Shown one piece after another: positions 8,816 to 17,814 of a stretch of 28,806 nt of DNA. The stretch comes from a virus (Duplodnaviria; Caudoviricetes): positions 1 to 28,806 of IMG/VR virus record IMGVR_UViG_3300032247_001630; one strand, written 5' to 3'. The stretch's first letter is position 1; each line of letters starts with the position of its first letter. The position numbers and the translations under genes were made by a program. The notes under the pieces were generated by a model. It did not search any database. It was not told the DNA's origin and saw nothing but the letters and a program-made list of their open reading frames with translations.

Positions 8816-9807
8816 AGTTGATTTCCTTTTGAAAATTTTAAATTGATTCGATCCACATAGTGCATACCAAATTGGCCACTAAAGAATCGTTCTTGATTGT
8901 ACAGTCTGCGATCTCGGGTCTGTTCGTACAACTTTGACAGGTCTTGTTGCATCAACTGAGCCAGGCTGTCATGCATGCGATCAATCCTGACAACCCAATC
9001 AGACTCCAGATCATACGAATGATCGATGATGTCATCAAATACATCCACTCCCAAATCGCGCAGGTGCTGTATCGTCCCTAAACTGCCCACTATGAAAAAT
9101 AATTGCCCGCTGGCAACAGATTTCCAAGTTTTTTCACTTATAAAAATGGTATCACGCACCATGGTCTCTGTTATGATATTAACGTACGAAGCTTGATATG
9201 CATCGTGTTGTATGTTGTGAATTTCTGGGCCATTCAGTATTTTGGCATCAAGCACGATCGGTATTGATCCTTGTTTGCGTAATTGTTGATATTTTTCCAT
9301 GATATCAGGTGCAGCCATGGTGCCGTCGCCTGGCATATCAAGCCAACTGTACAAAGTAAAATCATAGTTTTTTTCTATCAATCGTAAAAAATTTTGTATC
9401 CTATGCCCATGGGCTCCCCGGTTTAAACAACTGATTTTGTAGATTTTTTCATGATCAAACACCAACGATCGATGATCTTGCCAACGTCGTAATCCAGACA
9501 AATAAAATGTAGGAAAGTAGCATATGGTATCTGTTTCTAACCCAGGGTCTGGACCCAGTATCACATGATTGATCTGACTGCGATCACACACCTGAGACAG
9601 TCGTAATAGAAAATATGGATCGGCAAAGTTTTGAGAAAAATCAAAAACGTTTACTTGATCTTTTGCAATTGGCTTTTGGCATTGAAGTTGTTCAACTGTT
9701 ATGTCAGGTTTGAAAACATCAAGACCTACTCCAGGAATATCTCGCTGGGTTATGTAGTTAAATTTGAAATTGAATAATTGATTTAAATCTACGTACCAAT
9801 TGGTCAT
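8812..9807 (-). CDS. Hypothetical protein, GT10/exostosin-like 'EKTWK' phage family (paralogue 1)
   Basis: SCLNR...HR, VNIITET...FISEKTWK, LRDLGVDVFDDIIDHSYD. The EK motif resembles the GT10 'Y.TEK' signature. Confidence 0.5.
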   Translation of the reverse strand: MTNWYVDLNQLFNFKFNYITQRDIPGVGLDVFKPDITVEQLQCQKPIAKDQVNVFDFSQNFADPYFLLRLSQVCDRSQINHVILGPDPGLETDTICYFPTFYLSGLRRWQDHRSLVFDHEKIYKISCLNRGAHGHRIQNFLRLIEKNYDFTLYSWLDMPGDGTMAAPDIMEKYQQLRKQGSIPIVLDAKILNGPEIHNIQHDAYQASYVNIITETMVRDTIFISEKTWKSVASGQLFFIVGSLGTIQHLRDLGVDVFDDIIDHSYDLESDWVVRIDRMHDSLAQLMQQDLSKLYEQTRDRRLYNQERFFSGQFGMHYVDRINLKFSKGNQL

Positions 9808-11006
9808 TCAATTTTTCTCACATGGTACTTGGCCTGACTCACATGATCACGATAGCGATTGCCTGCACGATTCCAAGTCTCGCCCGTGCCTTCCAAGATG
9901 TCCACAATACGATCCACAGTGGCATCAGTCCAGTCCGAGATTAGGCCTGTGTTGTGATGCAATTCGCCCAGCAAGTTTTCTAACTTGTGATAGGCATCAT
10001 CTATCGACCAAGGAATGTAAAGCCTGTTTGGGTCATCTGCAAAAGTTTCAGGAAAACTGCGATAAGCAGGATATAAAACATTGGCTCCAAGTGTATCTGC
10101 TTCACTGACAGTGTTCGAGACCCAATCCTGTAAAGCACAATTAAACAGCACACGAGTATCGTTAAGGAGAGCATAGTATTCATCTTTCTTTAAGTTTTCG
10201 TAAATTACCAGTCGACCTTCACTTTGCAATACTCTGGCACGAGTGACGTATTCGGGATTGTTACTGCGCAACGGACCACCTTGCATGATAGCAAATTCAA
10301 TGTTGCGATGATGTCCTTGGCTGTGATACATTTCGATCAGGTCCATGAAGAATCCCGGCTGTTTTTCTTGATCAAATCTGGCTGCGAAAGCCACACGCAT
10401 TGGGCGCTGGTCAAATGGTCGGATATTTTCACGACCGCCGATGCGTTCTACGACTTCGTCTTTGTTGAATGCCAAGCCTGATATATTGTAAATTGGCGCA
10501 GTCCAACCGGCAATACGCATATGAGCCACCATCTCTTCATTGGTGGCCAGTACACCTGTTACAAATTGGTTGACCATCTTTTCATACGTCGACATCCAGC
10601 CTGCCATGCCCCACACATGAACGAAATCATCAGGATCAATGGCTTGAGCAAGACAGCGAACATAAATCCTAGGACGCTGAGCAGGATCAACTTGATCGAG
10701 AATGTAAGGTAAGCTCTCGATACCGGGTTGAAACATGTCTTCAAAGTAGATAACATCTTCATTGGTAACTTCTCCATTTCTCATCATCTGCACCAGGTTC
10801 ATCATCTGGCTCATACCGAAGTAACTGCGACCATGTGCGTCCAGCACTTGCCCTACACTGATTGATTGTGTGTTGTCAATGGTGCTTCCGGGAACATAGA
10901 CCACATCTAAGCCACGGCGATCGAACACACGTCGATTCCATTCTGTGAGCTGTAAGGTGTAGCGGGCCTCGTACGATTCAAGTCCCATATAATATAATTT
11001 ACGCAT
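9804..11006 (-). CDS. GT-B fold glycosyltransferase (GT4-like)
   Basis: FAARFDQEKQP (R...EK), Y..LL...RVLFNCALQD...VSEA..LG..VLYP...SFPE, typical of the GT-B C-terminal nucleotide-sugar-binding domain. Confidence 0.75.
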   Translation of the reverse strand: MRKLYYMGLESYEARYTLQLTEWNRRVFDRRGLDVVYVPGSTIDNTQSISVGQVLDAHGRSYFGMSQMMNLVQMMRNGEVTNEDVIYFEDMFQPGIESLPYILDQVDPAQRPRIYVRCLAQAIDPDDFVHVWGMAGWMSTYEKMVNQFVTGVLATNEEMVAHMRIAGWTAPIYNISGLAFNKDEVVERIGGRENIRPFDQRPMRVAFAARFDQEKQPGFFMDLIEMYHSQGHHRNIEFAIMQGGPLRSNNPEYVTRARVLQSEGRLVIYENLKKDEYYALLNDTRVLFNCALQDWVSNTVSEADTLGANVLYPAYRSFPETFADDPNRLYIPWSIDDAYHKLENLLGELHHNTGLISDWTDATVDRIVDILEGTGETWNRAGNRYRDHVSQAKYHVRKIE

Positions 11007-11008
11007 TG

Positions 11009-11236
11009 TTATCCTCGACGGTATCCGGCGAATCTACGGCTGTCTTCGACCCACATGTTTTTGGCGTTTTTGCCTTGGCTGTACTTGTTGTACTGTTGCC
11101 ATGCATAGCTTTTGAAGTTGTAAAGATCTTCTTCTCGGAATCTGTAACCATATTCCACGCAGAAGTCACGAAAAAGATCAAGATCGTCCATGACAGCGAT
11201 CGCTCTTGGATTGGGTTTGTGTTGGGGCTTGCCCAT
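11009..11236 (-). CDS. Small hypothetical phage protein (start ATG 11236, MGKPQHK)
   Basis: AAGGA SD before ATG 11236; own sigma70 promoter; stop lies 2 nt before the GT-B start. Confidence 0.7.
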   Translation of the reverse strand: MGKPQHKPNPRAIAVMDDLDLFRDFCVEYGYRFREEDLYNFKSYAWQQYNKYSQGKNAKNMWVEDSRRFAGYRRG

Positions 11237-11269
11237 GGTTTTTCCTTTTAGATTACGTTGATTAAAGTT

Positions 11270-11298
11270 AGTATACAAGTTTTATACAGCATTGTCAA
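11270..11298 (-). promoter_or_regulatory. sigma70-type promoter
   Basis: TTGACA (11298-11293), 17 nt, TATACT (11275-11270), overlapping the end of the upstream gene. Confidence 0.75.
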
Positions 11299-12019
11299 TC
11301 CATACACGGAATGGTTTGGCGATTTCTTGGGCAAACAACTGATTGCCCAAGATGTTTGGGTGAGAATCCATAAAAAGTTTATGCCTTTCTAAAGTTTTCC
11401 ATAGTTTGAATAATTTATATATCTCATCAACCACTGCCGGTGATGGATCTTGCCCCAGTTCAAATCGTGCTGGAGGTCCTGATTCGGGTATGTATACTCC
11501 TTGTAACCATCTATGTGCAATGTCGGCGGCCCAGCCTGGGAATTGGCTTAGACCCAACTGTTGGCCAAGGAAATTTTGCCAGCTTGGATGTATCACAGTG
11601 ATATTGTGGTGTGATTGGCAAACAACATCAGTGTGTGCTCCGATCAAGGCCACCGGTATTCCGAGAGTGTTCAATCGTTTATAAAATTCCTGTTCGAGAC
11701 TCATGGCTATGTCCACAGGATCACGGCTGACCAAAAAGATCTTGGCCCATTCGACCTCGCCCATGACCGAGTCTAGCGGACCATCGCGCAACGAGTTACC
11801 GATCACAAACACAATCCTAAACGGTGCCAATTCTGCATGCTGTTGCATAAATTGTTGGGCTCTTTTGAATTGATCAAGATTGCTTTGAGCATACAACGCC
11901 AATGAAGTGTAGTTGGACAAACCTAATTCTTGGGCCAGATTGGTTTTCACTGGATCTTCACCAAAAGTTGATTCAAAACTTTGTACCGCCCAACTTGGTC
12001 CAAGATACAGTGTATGCAT
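11282..12019 (-). CDS. SGNH/GDSL-hydrolase-like protein
   Basis: Block I-like YLGPSWA and block V-like DSHPNILGN. Confidence 0.5.
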   Translation of the reverse strand: MHTLYLGPSWAVQSFESTFGEDPVKTNLAQELGLSNYTSLALYAQSNLDQFKRAQQFMQQHAELAPFRIVFVIGNSLRDGPLDSVMGEVEWAKIFLVSRDPVDIAMSLEQEFYKRLNTLGIPVALIGAHTDVVCQSHHNITVIHPSWQNFLGQQLGLSQFPGWAADIAHRWLQGVYIPESGPPARFELGQDPSPAVVDEIYKLFKLWKTLERHKLFMDSHPNILGNQLFAQEIAKPFRVWIDNAV

Positions 12020-12463
12020 TTAGATTTTGATACTGAGGTTAGGGCGAGAAAGTTCATATTTGATCAAGCAGCCATTCTCGCCATCTTCGGCCACTTCAAT
12101 CCAGACAGCTCGATTGGGATATCGATCTGCTATCTGTATATACAAGTCATCTGCGATCATTTCACAACTTTTGAAATCTAGTTCGAGAATGTCCTGGCTG
12201 TAAAGACCTTCTAGCCAGCGTTTGAACTGTATAAACTCAATGTCTCTGTCGTTGTGGAATACATCAATCCAGACCCGGAAATGGAATATGTGTCTGTGTG
12301 CATTAGCCAGGAAGCTGACATCATATTCACCTGGTGTACACAATAGCGGATCGGTAGCCGCCGCAGGATAGCGATGTATGCCTTCGCGACGGAATGTGAT
12401 CCAGATTTTACGTTCAGCGGCTTCGCGAATTCGTTCCGCAGTTTCTCTTTGATTTGATATCAT
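12020..12463 (-). CDS. dpdL: QueD-like T-fold protein, DpdL-like (candidate 7-carboxy-7-deazaguanine decarboxylase)
   Basis: EGIH...FLANAHRHIF (LxxxHRHxF), DIEF, SCEMIA, VAEDGENG: T-fold Zn-site pattern without the QueD catalytic Cys. Located in a folE/queD/dpdA neighbourhood. Confidence 0.6.
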   Translation of the reverse strand: MISNQRETAERIREAAERKIWITFRREGIHRYPAAATDPLLCTPGEYDVSFLANAHRHIFHFRVWIDVFHNDRDIEFIQFKRWLEGLYSQDILELDFKSCEMIADDLYIQIADRYPNRAVWIEVAEDGENGCLIKYELSRPNLSIKI

Positions 12464-12464
12464 A

Positions 12465-13028
12465 TTAATCTATCCTTAGTATGTTTGAAATTGTGCTTGT
12501 GGCAATTCTTTCAAGTTTTTTCATGGCACCGTCGCTCATTCTAAATGCATAAGACGATTTGGTACGTTTTTTCTTTTCGAGATATCCCCATGGACCACCA
12601 TATATGGTATTGCCTCTTTCACCATTTTGCAATTTTGCTTGGCAAGTTTCGTATGTAGTTTTGAGATCTGCCTGTATAAACGGATTTGAAAAGTCATAAA
12701 TTTTGTTTTCTACCACGACATCTTGTTCTGTTTTGATACGATACTGTTGCTGAGATTTTTGATATACCAAGGACTGTTCATAGGGAGTATTGATATATTC
12801 GTCCACTTTCATTGTAGCTATGGTATGCGGACTGACAGCTTCTTTTGCTCGAGTTTTGATCTCGATCTGTTCCACCGGCATATCAACACCGGCACCGTTT
12901 GAAAGTTTATATCCTCGATTGCGGAGTTTTTGTTCGGCATCTCGACCAGAATCCCCTCCAAATCGCGATCCTAATTTTTCTCCTACCAAATTACCTTTGG
13001 TAAGTTGTGTTACTCTTGCTTGTTTCAT
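12465..13028 (-). CDS. Putative PD-(D/E)xK endonuclease
   Basis: G..AE..L...G...GVD......EIKT pattern; basic protein. Confidence 0.45.
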   Translation of the reverse strand: MKQARVTQLTKGNLVGEKLGSRFGGDSGRDAEQKLRNRGYKLSNGAGVDMPVEQIEIKTRAKEAVSPHTIATMKVDEYINTPYEQSLVYQKSQQQYRIKTEQDVVVENKIYDFSNPFIQADLKTTYETCQAKLQNGERGNTIYGGPWGYLEKKKRTKSSYAFRMSDGAMKKLERIATSTISNILRID

Positions 13029-13029
13029 G

Positions 13030-13299
13030 TTAGACTTTCAATAGTTCAATGGTTACAATTCGAGCAATGGCTTGAGGCATATCTGATTCTGAGTCAGGTA
13101 TAATGTGTAAGTTTACACGATCTTCGCATTTGTTGCGATCCCAATGGACGATTTCAACAATGGTTCCGCCTGCAGCCGGTTGCACCTTGAATCTCAATGG
13201 TGTTGGCATTTCAATACAGGGCGGAGAACCAATTGCCAATGTATGATCATTGTATCCATCTGCCCATTGTATTACACGATTTAACCAACGTCGGATCAT
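13030..13299 (-). CDS. Hypothetical protein
   Basis: ORF in operon context, overlapping the upstream stop (ATGA). Confidence 0.65.
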   Translation of the reverse strand: MIRRWLNRVIQWADGYNDHTLAIGSPPCIEMPTPLRFKVQPAAGGTIVEIVHWDRNKCEDRVNLHIIPDSESDMPQAIARIVTIELLKV

Positions 13300-13634
13300 G
13301 GTGCTTTCCTAAATCTAGTGACATCTTCTACAGCGTGATGCAAAGTTGCGGCATAGTTCATGGCCTGTTGTTGGGTCATACCAATCGTGGTTTCACATTG
13401 CACATGGCCTTTTGTTAACAACTGCCACATGTGCGACCAGCGTGTCTTGGACCAAAAGTCAGTTTTGACTGTGACATAGACCTGCACTTCGACACCAGTT
13501 TCGCTGGCTTCAATCCAGACTGTGTGTTCGTGGTCGGGTTGACTGCATTCACAGGTCACTTGATAAGTCATAGCGTCGCCCCAATTGTTCTTTTTTAGTA
13601 TACCTTCAGCCGGTGTTTCGGGTGTAAAATTCAT
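13296..13634 (-). CDS. Hypothetical protein (CxC...H possible metal site)
   Basis: AAGGA SD, tight packing, CECSQPDHEH. Confidence 0.65.
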   Translation of the reverse strand: MNFTPETPAEGILKKNNWGDAMTYQVTCECSQPDHEHTVWIEASETGVEVQVYVTVKTDFWSKTRWSHMWQLLTKGHVQCETTIGMTQQQAMNYAATLHHAVEDVTRFRKAP

Positions 13635-13636
13635 TT

Positions 13637-14068
13637 TTATTCCTTGTGTTGGTCAAGTCTAACGCCGGTCAAGCCGGCCACGGTTTGAAAATGTTGCCAG
13701 GCCAATTTGGCCGCTGGGTTGGTGTTGATCTGGTCATTGGACAACATTGTGTCCAGCCAAATGTAAGGAAGTCGGCTAGGATGTGTGCCAAATTTTCTAG
13801 GTTGATGTAACTTTCCAGACTCCCAAAGTTCTATGCTGACGCTTCTCAGTCGATCCTCATCTTCAGCTGTGTAGCCGATCCATTCAGGACTGCTGAAAGG
13901 ACTGCCCATGGTTTGCCCGCCTCCGTATCCCAGCCAAAGACTGGTCCACTGTTCGTCATCGTGTGGATCAAAGTCGGTGCGACTGATGATCACCAGCACA
14001 TCATCAATGTCGACCGCACCATCCACAATGTCTCGAACACAACGGCTGAAACTCAGTCCAATTTTCAT
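13637..14068 (-). CDS. Hypothetical phage protein
   Basis: GAGG SD, ATGA coupling, MKIGLSFSRCVRDIV start. Confidence 0.7.
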   Translation of the reverse strand: MKIGLSFSRCVRDIVDGAVDIDDVLVIISRTDFDPHDDEQWTSLWLGYGGGQTMGSPFSSPEWIGYTAEDEDRLRSVSIELWESGKLHQPRKFGTHPSRLPYIWLDTMLSNDQINTNPAAKLAWQHFQTVAGLTGVRLDQHKE

Positions 14069-14577
14069 TTTATTACCTCATCTTTAGTATATCGATTCCA
14101 CGCCGTAAAACACTTACGGTCCTGTAACGCATGTACACTGTGACACCAGACTCCAGGATTAGTTGCCGCAAAGTCTCTGTCGTCTAACTTAATTGTAGCA
14201 TTATATCCCAACTGTTGTATATGGGGCAGTTTGACCGAAATCATAGGAACGAAGTTATTGAATTCTGGCAAACGACTCTGGGACACAAATCTTGTGTTGG
14301 CAACATCAAAATCCAACGTGCATTGATATCCTGCTTCCAGACAACGAACGATCATGTGTTCCCAGTCCTGCCATTCGTTCTCATCCATGTCGTATTGTGG
14401 AAAACTTTGGTTGGCACCAAAGTAAATGTGCTCGCACCATTTCTCTCGACACTTTTTTGATATGGTATCCGTGTCTTGAACACCTACTACAAATAAAGTC
14501 TTCATTCCGTATGCCGGTGAGTGTTCTACTTCGGTTCCAACAAAAAAATCTACGTCTTCATGTCCTGCTCGATTCAT
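14065..14577 (-). CDS. Hypothetical protein in the dpdA operon (start ATG 14577, MNRAGHED)
   Basis: ATGA overlap with the upstream stop; motifs GTEVEHSPAYG.KTLFVVG, HIYFGANQSF, ATNPGVWCH. Confidence 0.7.
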   Translation of the reverse strand: MNRAGHEDVDFFVGTEVEHSPAYGMKTLFVVGVQDTDTISKKCREKWCEHIYFGANQSFPQYDMDENEWQDWEHMIVRCLEAGYQCTLDFDVANTRFVSQSRLPEFNNFVPMISVKLPHIQQLGYNATIKLDDRDFAATNPGVWCHSVHALQDRKCFTAWNRYTKDEVIK

Positions 14578-14602
14578 GTTTGTTGTTCCTGTTCCAGTTG
14601 AT
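14571..14602. repeat. Direct repeat copy 1 (32 nt, 29/32 identical to 15473-15504)
   Basis: gattcatg-ttt-gttgttcctgttccagttgat. Confidence 0.9.
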
Positions 14603-15479
14603 TTATAATGTAATTTGCCCAAATCGCATGTCCATCGGCATTTGGGTGTTTAGACTGTTTTTTATAATTTATTGGACTTTGGTCAAGCCAGGCATTTACC
14701 AAATTGGCTCGATCGATATAGGGCAATGCCCAAGATTTATAAATGGTTGAGTCAGTAATTCCCACAATATTGTTGACACTTCCAAACCATTTTTTATCAA
14801 ATATCCACCCACATACCAAATTGGTTCTAATGGGTCTTGGCAAAGCCTGATAGTCTGCCAGTATTTCGATCCAGTTAGAATTACCTAACATGATGTTTTT
14901 ATTTTGTAATTGAGCGTACAAATGATCGTGCCATACAAAATTTTGCCCAACAAAGAATTCAAATCGGCTGTCAGCAACTGCCAACATATTATCAATTCTT
15001 TCAATCCATCCATTTTCACTGTCTAGTAAAACCTGTTCATAAAATTGATTATTGGCTCCGGTTTTTTGAAAACATTTTAAATAATCATACGGATGACTGT
15101 CCGGACTGGTGACATCTCTACCGTTTTCGGTAAGAGTCAACACAACAATGATGCGATTGTAATTGGTATTGGCAACAAGATCCAACAAATACTGACACGC
15201 AACCAAAATATGACTGTTAGACCACCCTTGGCAACCAATGTTGATCCAATCTGCTTTGTACCGAGATGATAACAGTTTTCCATATATTTGTTTTAATCGC
15301 AGTTCAGGGTCAAGACTGCCTCCCCAGGTCCAAGAATCTCCAGCAACAATGACCAGAGTAGGTGATCCAATAATTTCAGAATGGAAAGACCGTTCAAAAG
15401 ATTCATCTCTGCCGAGAAAATTTGTCTGCCACAACTCTAAAAGTTCTGCCCAATTATCAGTGTGCGACTCCGGATTCAT
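14574..15479 (-). CDS. SGNH/GDSL-hydrolase-like protein
   Basis: VAGDSWTWG (block I), NIGCQGWSN (block II), KHPNADGHAIWA (block V). Visibly AT-richer than its flanks. Confidence 0.7.
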   Translation of the reverse strand: MNPESHTDNWAELLELWQTNFLGRDESFERSFHSEIIGSPTLVIVAGDSWTWGGSLDPELRLKQIYGKLLSSRYKADWINIGCQGWSNSHILVACQYLLDLVANTNYNRIIVVLTLTENGRDVTSPDSHPYDYLKCFQKTGANNQFYEQVLLDSENGWIERIDNMLAVADSRFEFFVGQNFVWHDHLYAQLQNKNIMLGNSNWIEILADYQALPRPIRTNLVCGWIFDKKWFGSVNNIVGITDSTIYKSWALPYIDRANLVNAWLDQSPINYKKQSKHPNADGHAIWANYIINQLEQEQQT

Positions 15480-15504
15480 GCCCGTTGTTCCTGTTCCAGT
15501 TGAT
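15473..15504. repeat. Direct repeat copy 2
   Basis: gattcatg-ccc-gttgttcctgttccagttgat. Confidence 0.9.
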
Positions 15505-17041
15505 CCAATGCTGACTCATCTAATTGTACACTATCGTCTGCTTCAGTGTCAACTTCTGCGTCTTCAATATCAAACAGTAAATCAAACATGGGACGACCAC
15601 TCTTGGCTTTTTTACCTTTGAATCCTCTTGTACCAATGATATCCATCCAATAGCGATCATAGTGTTCAATAATGGCTTCGGCTTCAGCACGATCTGGTGT
15701 GGCAAATATGGCATCCACAATGTCTTTGAATCGAGCATGGTCCCCGTTTTCGTTACACATCATGGCCGGCCATGTGCCTGCATCATATTCTCGATTGGCA
15801 CGTTGTACTGCTTCAATGTGCATCCAAACATTGTGCCCCATCAGTAAAGCATAGCTGAAACTGTCCCAGGATGTTTTACCTTCTTTGCCAATCTTGTTTA
15901 GATCGCCTGGCTTGTAGATGCAAATGTCTTTCATCTGTAGTTGTAGGCTGATTGGGCTTTCATCAAAATGCTTGATCAGACCATCCGCAAGCACAGCTGG
16001 TCCAAATGGTCTTGTATCTGTGGCGTACTTCTTGTCATCCACAATAGGACTCATCCGATAACACCATTTTCCTTCGTGCGGCAAATCAATGTGATGATAC
16101 ACCTGTCCATTTGCTGTAGCAAGGAACGGACTGGCACAGTCGAAGCTGATGGTAAAGTTGGGATTTACATACCGGCGAACAGCTCGTTGTATGTCTGTGA
16201 GTAGCACTGCCCATTCCAATTTGCTTGTGCCTAAAAAGTGCATCCAATCATGTATACCCGGTTGTAACAAGTTGTCATGTCTTAGAGCTACCAATCTACG
16301 CAGGACCAAATGTACATCACACATGTTCTGTCCACCCATACTCCAACCATTAAAGTGTGTGTCTGGATACTGGGCAGGATCGCAGTAGTGTTTCATTGTG
16401 TCATACCACCGATCAGCATCCGGGTGATTGGCACCTTGCAAAACGTTCAAGACCTTCATACCGCCGTTACGGATACCCTTACGATGCTTCATGTAAAATT
16501 CATTGTTGAACTTGGTAGCATCCACAGCTTCCTGTAAAGTCTTGATACCACATTTTTCGCTGGCGTTTTTGTCATGTATAACCCAGGTTGGAATATCTAA
16601 TGTCATGCCATAATCACAAATGCCATCCAGCCATTTGACCACGGCTTCTCTACGCTTCTGTGCTTTAGGACAACCTGAATTGGCTTTCCAGTCACCTTCC
16701 CACAAGCCTTTGGCGATCTGGAATCCACCCGAGTCGCCCAGCATGAGCGTGTTGGGATCTCTATTGCGAACCATGTCTTCTGACCAGTCCGGCTTGGCAA
16801 GATCTAGATTGGCATGACCGCCCGAATACAACGACCATTTGTAAGGGAACAGGCCCTTCTGATCATTGAGCCAGTTCATCTGTTCCATGTCTTGAATGCC
16901 TGCAGGCATTCTAGCAGGATCCACATATGGTCCATTTACCGGATCACGTTGCTTGCCCACGAATGTGGCGTAGAAGCCCGAAATAGCCGGCAAGAACACA
17001 GCATAATCGTGTTGTTTGGCAGTTAGATTATCTTGTATCAC
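15476..17041 (-). CDS. dpdA: TGT-fold 7-deazaguanine transglycosylase, DpdA-like
   Basis: TGT motifs in order: DSGGFQ, MTLDIP, VLQG, GWSMGG, HFLG, SFDCASP. Lacks the CxCxxC Zn site of tRNA TGTs. GTGA-coupled to the clamp gene. Confidence 0.8.
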   Translation of the reverse strand: MIQDNLTAKQHDYAVFLPAISGFYATFVGKQRDPVNGPYVDPARMPAGIQDMEQMNWLNDQKGLFPYKWSLYSGGHANLDLAKPDWSEDMVRNRDPNTLMLGDSGGFQIAKGLWEGDWKANSGCPKAQKRREAVVKWLDGICDYGMTLDIPTWVIHDKNASEKCGIKTLQEAVDATKFNNEFYMKHRKGIRNGGMKVLNVLQGANHPDADRWYDTMKHYCDPAQYPDTHFNGWSMGGQNMCDVHLVLRRLVALRHDNLLQPGIHDWMHFLGTSKLEWAVLLTDIQRAVRRYVNPNFTISFDCASPFLATANGQVYHHIDLPHEGKWCYRMSPIVDDKKYATDTRPFGPAVLADGLIKHFDESPISLQLQMKDICIYKPGDLNKIGKEGKTSWDSFSYALLMGHNVWMHIEAVQRANREYDAGTWPAMMCNENGDHARFKDIVDAIFATPDRAEAEAIIEHYDRYWMDIIGTRGFKGKKAKSGRPMFDLLFDIEDAEVDTEADDSVQLDESALDQLEQEQRA

Positions 17042-17763
17042 TTGGTCTGCGCTAGGATAATATAGTCATAAGTGGCCAAGCCAGAGTCGACAGTGATCAT
17101 GGCTGCACCATCATCGCTGATACGAAATGTTTTGTCCCCGGTCAGGTCCAAGATGCTGATCACGGTCTTGATCGGCCACGACCATGTGTGTTTGAGTGTG
17201 CCCGACACTCCGGGTTCAAACACAAAGTTACCGGCATGTGTGCTATGATCTCCAAAGTAAAACTTTAGATTGCCGTTTTCAGTTTTAGTTTCAAAATTGA
17301 CTTCTTCGGACATGGCCTGCGCCTGCATCTTCAAACGCTGGATAGCAGCCACAGTTGGTGTAAATTCCACTGTCCAGGCCGGAACTCGTTTAAATGTCAC
17401 AGTCTTGAGTTTGCCATTTACCAATGCTCCGCTCATGAATCTGTAACTGTTTTTGAAGTCTCCTGTGGCATTTTGGAATTCAACGCCGTCGGGTTCGTTG
17501 CTTGCGTTCTTGGTCAAGCTCAATACTGCATTTTCCTTGTACTCTTGCAGGTTCAACATGATCTTGAGTTTGCCCAAGTTAGGCATACCAAATGTGCCAA
17601 CAAAGTCAGCCACCGGAGTGGCAAACTTGGCTTTTACTACCACACTGCGATCCTCTGCAACTGCGTCAATAGCAGTTTCTGTAGTGGTGCCAATAATTCT
17701 GATTAGGTCAATACAACCTAGGTCATGTGTGTGCTCTACTAAATCTAATAAGTGATCTCTCAT
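17038..17763 (-). CDS. Sliding clamp (T4 gp45/PCNA-like); start ATG 17763
   Basis: About 241 aa; GTFGMPNLGKL (compare the gp45 FGIYDL region); C-terminal beta strands ending YDYIILA. Near the DNA polymerase; AGGAG SD 7 nt upstream. Confidence 0.7.
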   Translation of the reverse strand: MRDHLLDLVEHTHDLGCIDLIRIIGTTTETAIDAVAEDRSVVVKAKFATPVADFVGTFGMPNLGKLKIMLNLQEYKENAVLSLTKNASNEPDGVEFQNATGDFKNSYRFMSGALVNGKLKTVTFKRVPAWTVEFTPTVAAIQRLKMQAQAMSEEVNFETKTENGNLKFYFGDHSTHAGNFVFEPGVSGTLKHTWSWPIKTVISILDLTGDKTFRISDDGAAMITVDSGLATYDYIILAQTK

Positions 17764-17784
17764 TGTCATTCTCCTTGAAGTGTT

Positions 17785-17814
17785 ATTGTAACATGGGTTA
17801 TTTAGAATTTGCAA
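17785..17814 (-). promoter_or_regulatory. Composite promoter for the clamp-dpdA operon
   Basis: TTGCAA (17814-17809), 18 nt, TACAAT (17790-17785) with extended -10 TG; TAAATA nested at 17804-17799. Confidence 0.6.

Noticed and set aside
15476-17041. Calling the TGT-fold gene a canonical tRNA-guanine transglycosylase (tgt)
   Set aside because: It lacks the CxCxxC...H Zn motif, is longer, and sits in a phage replication operon, which fits DNA-directed DpdA better.
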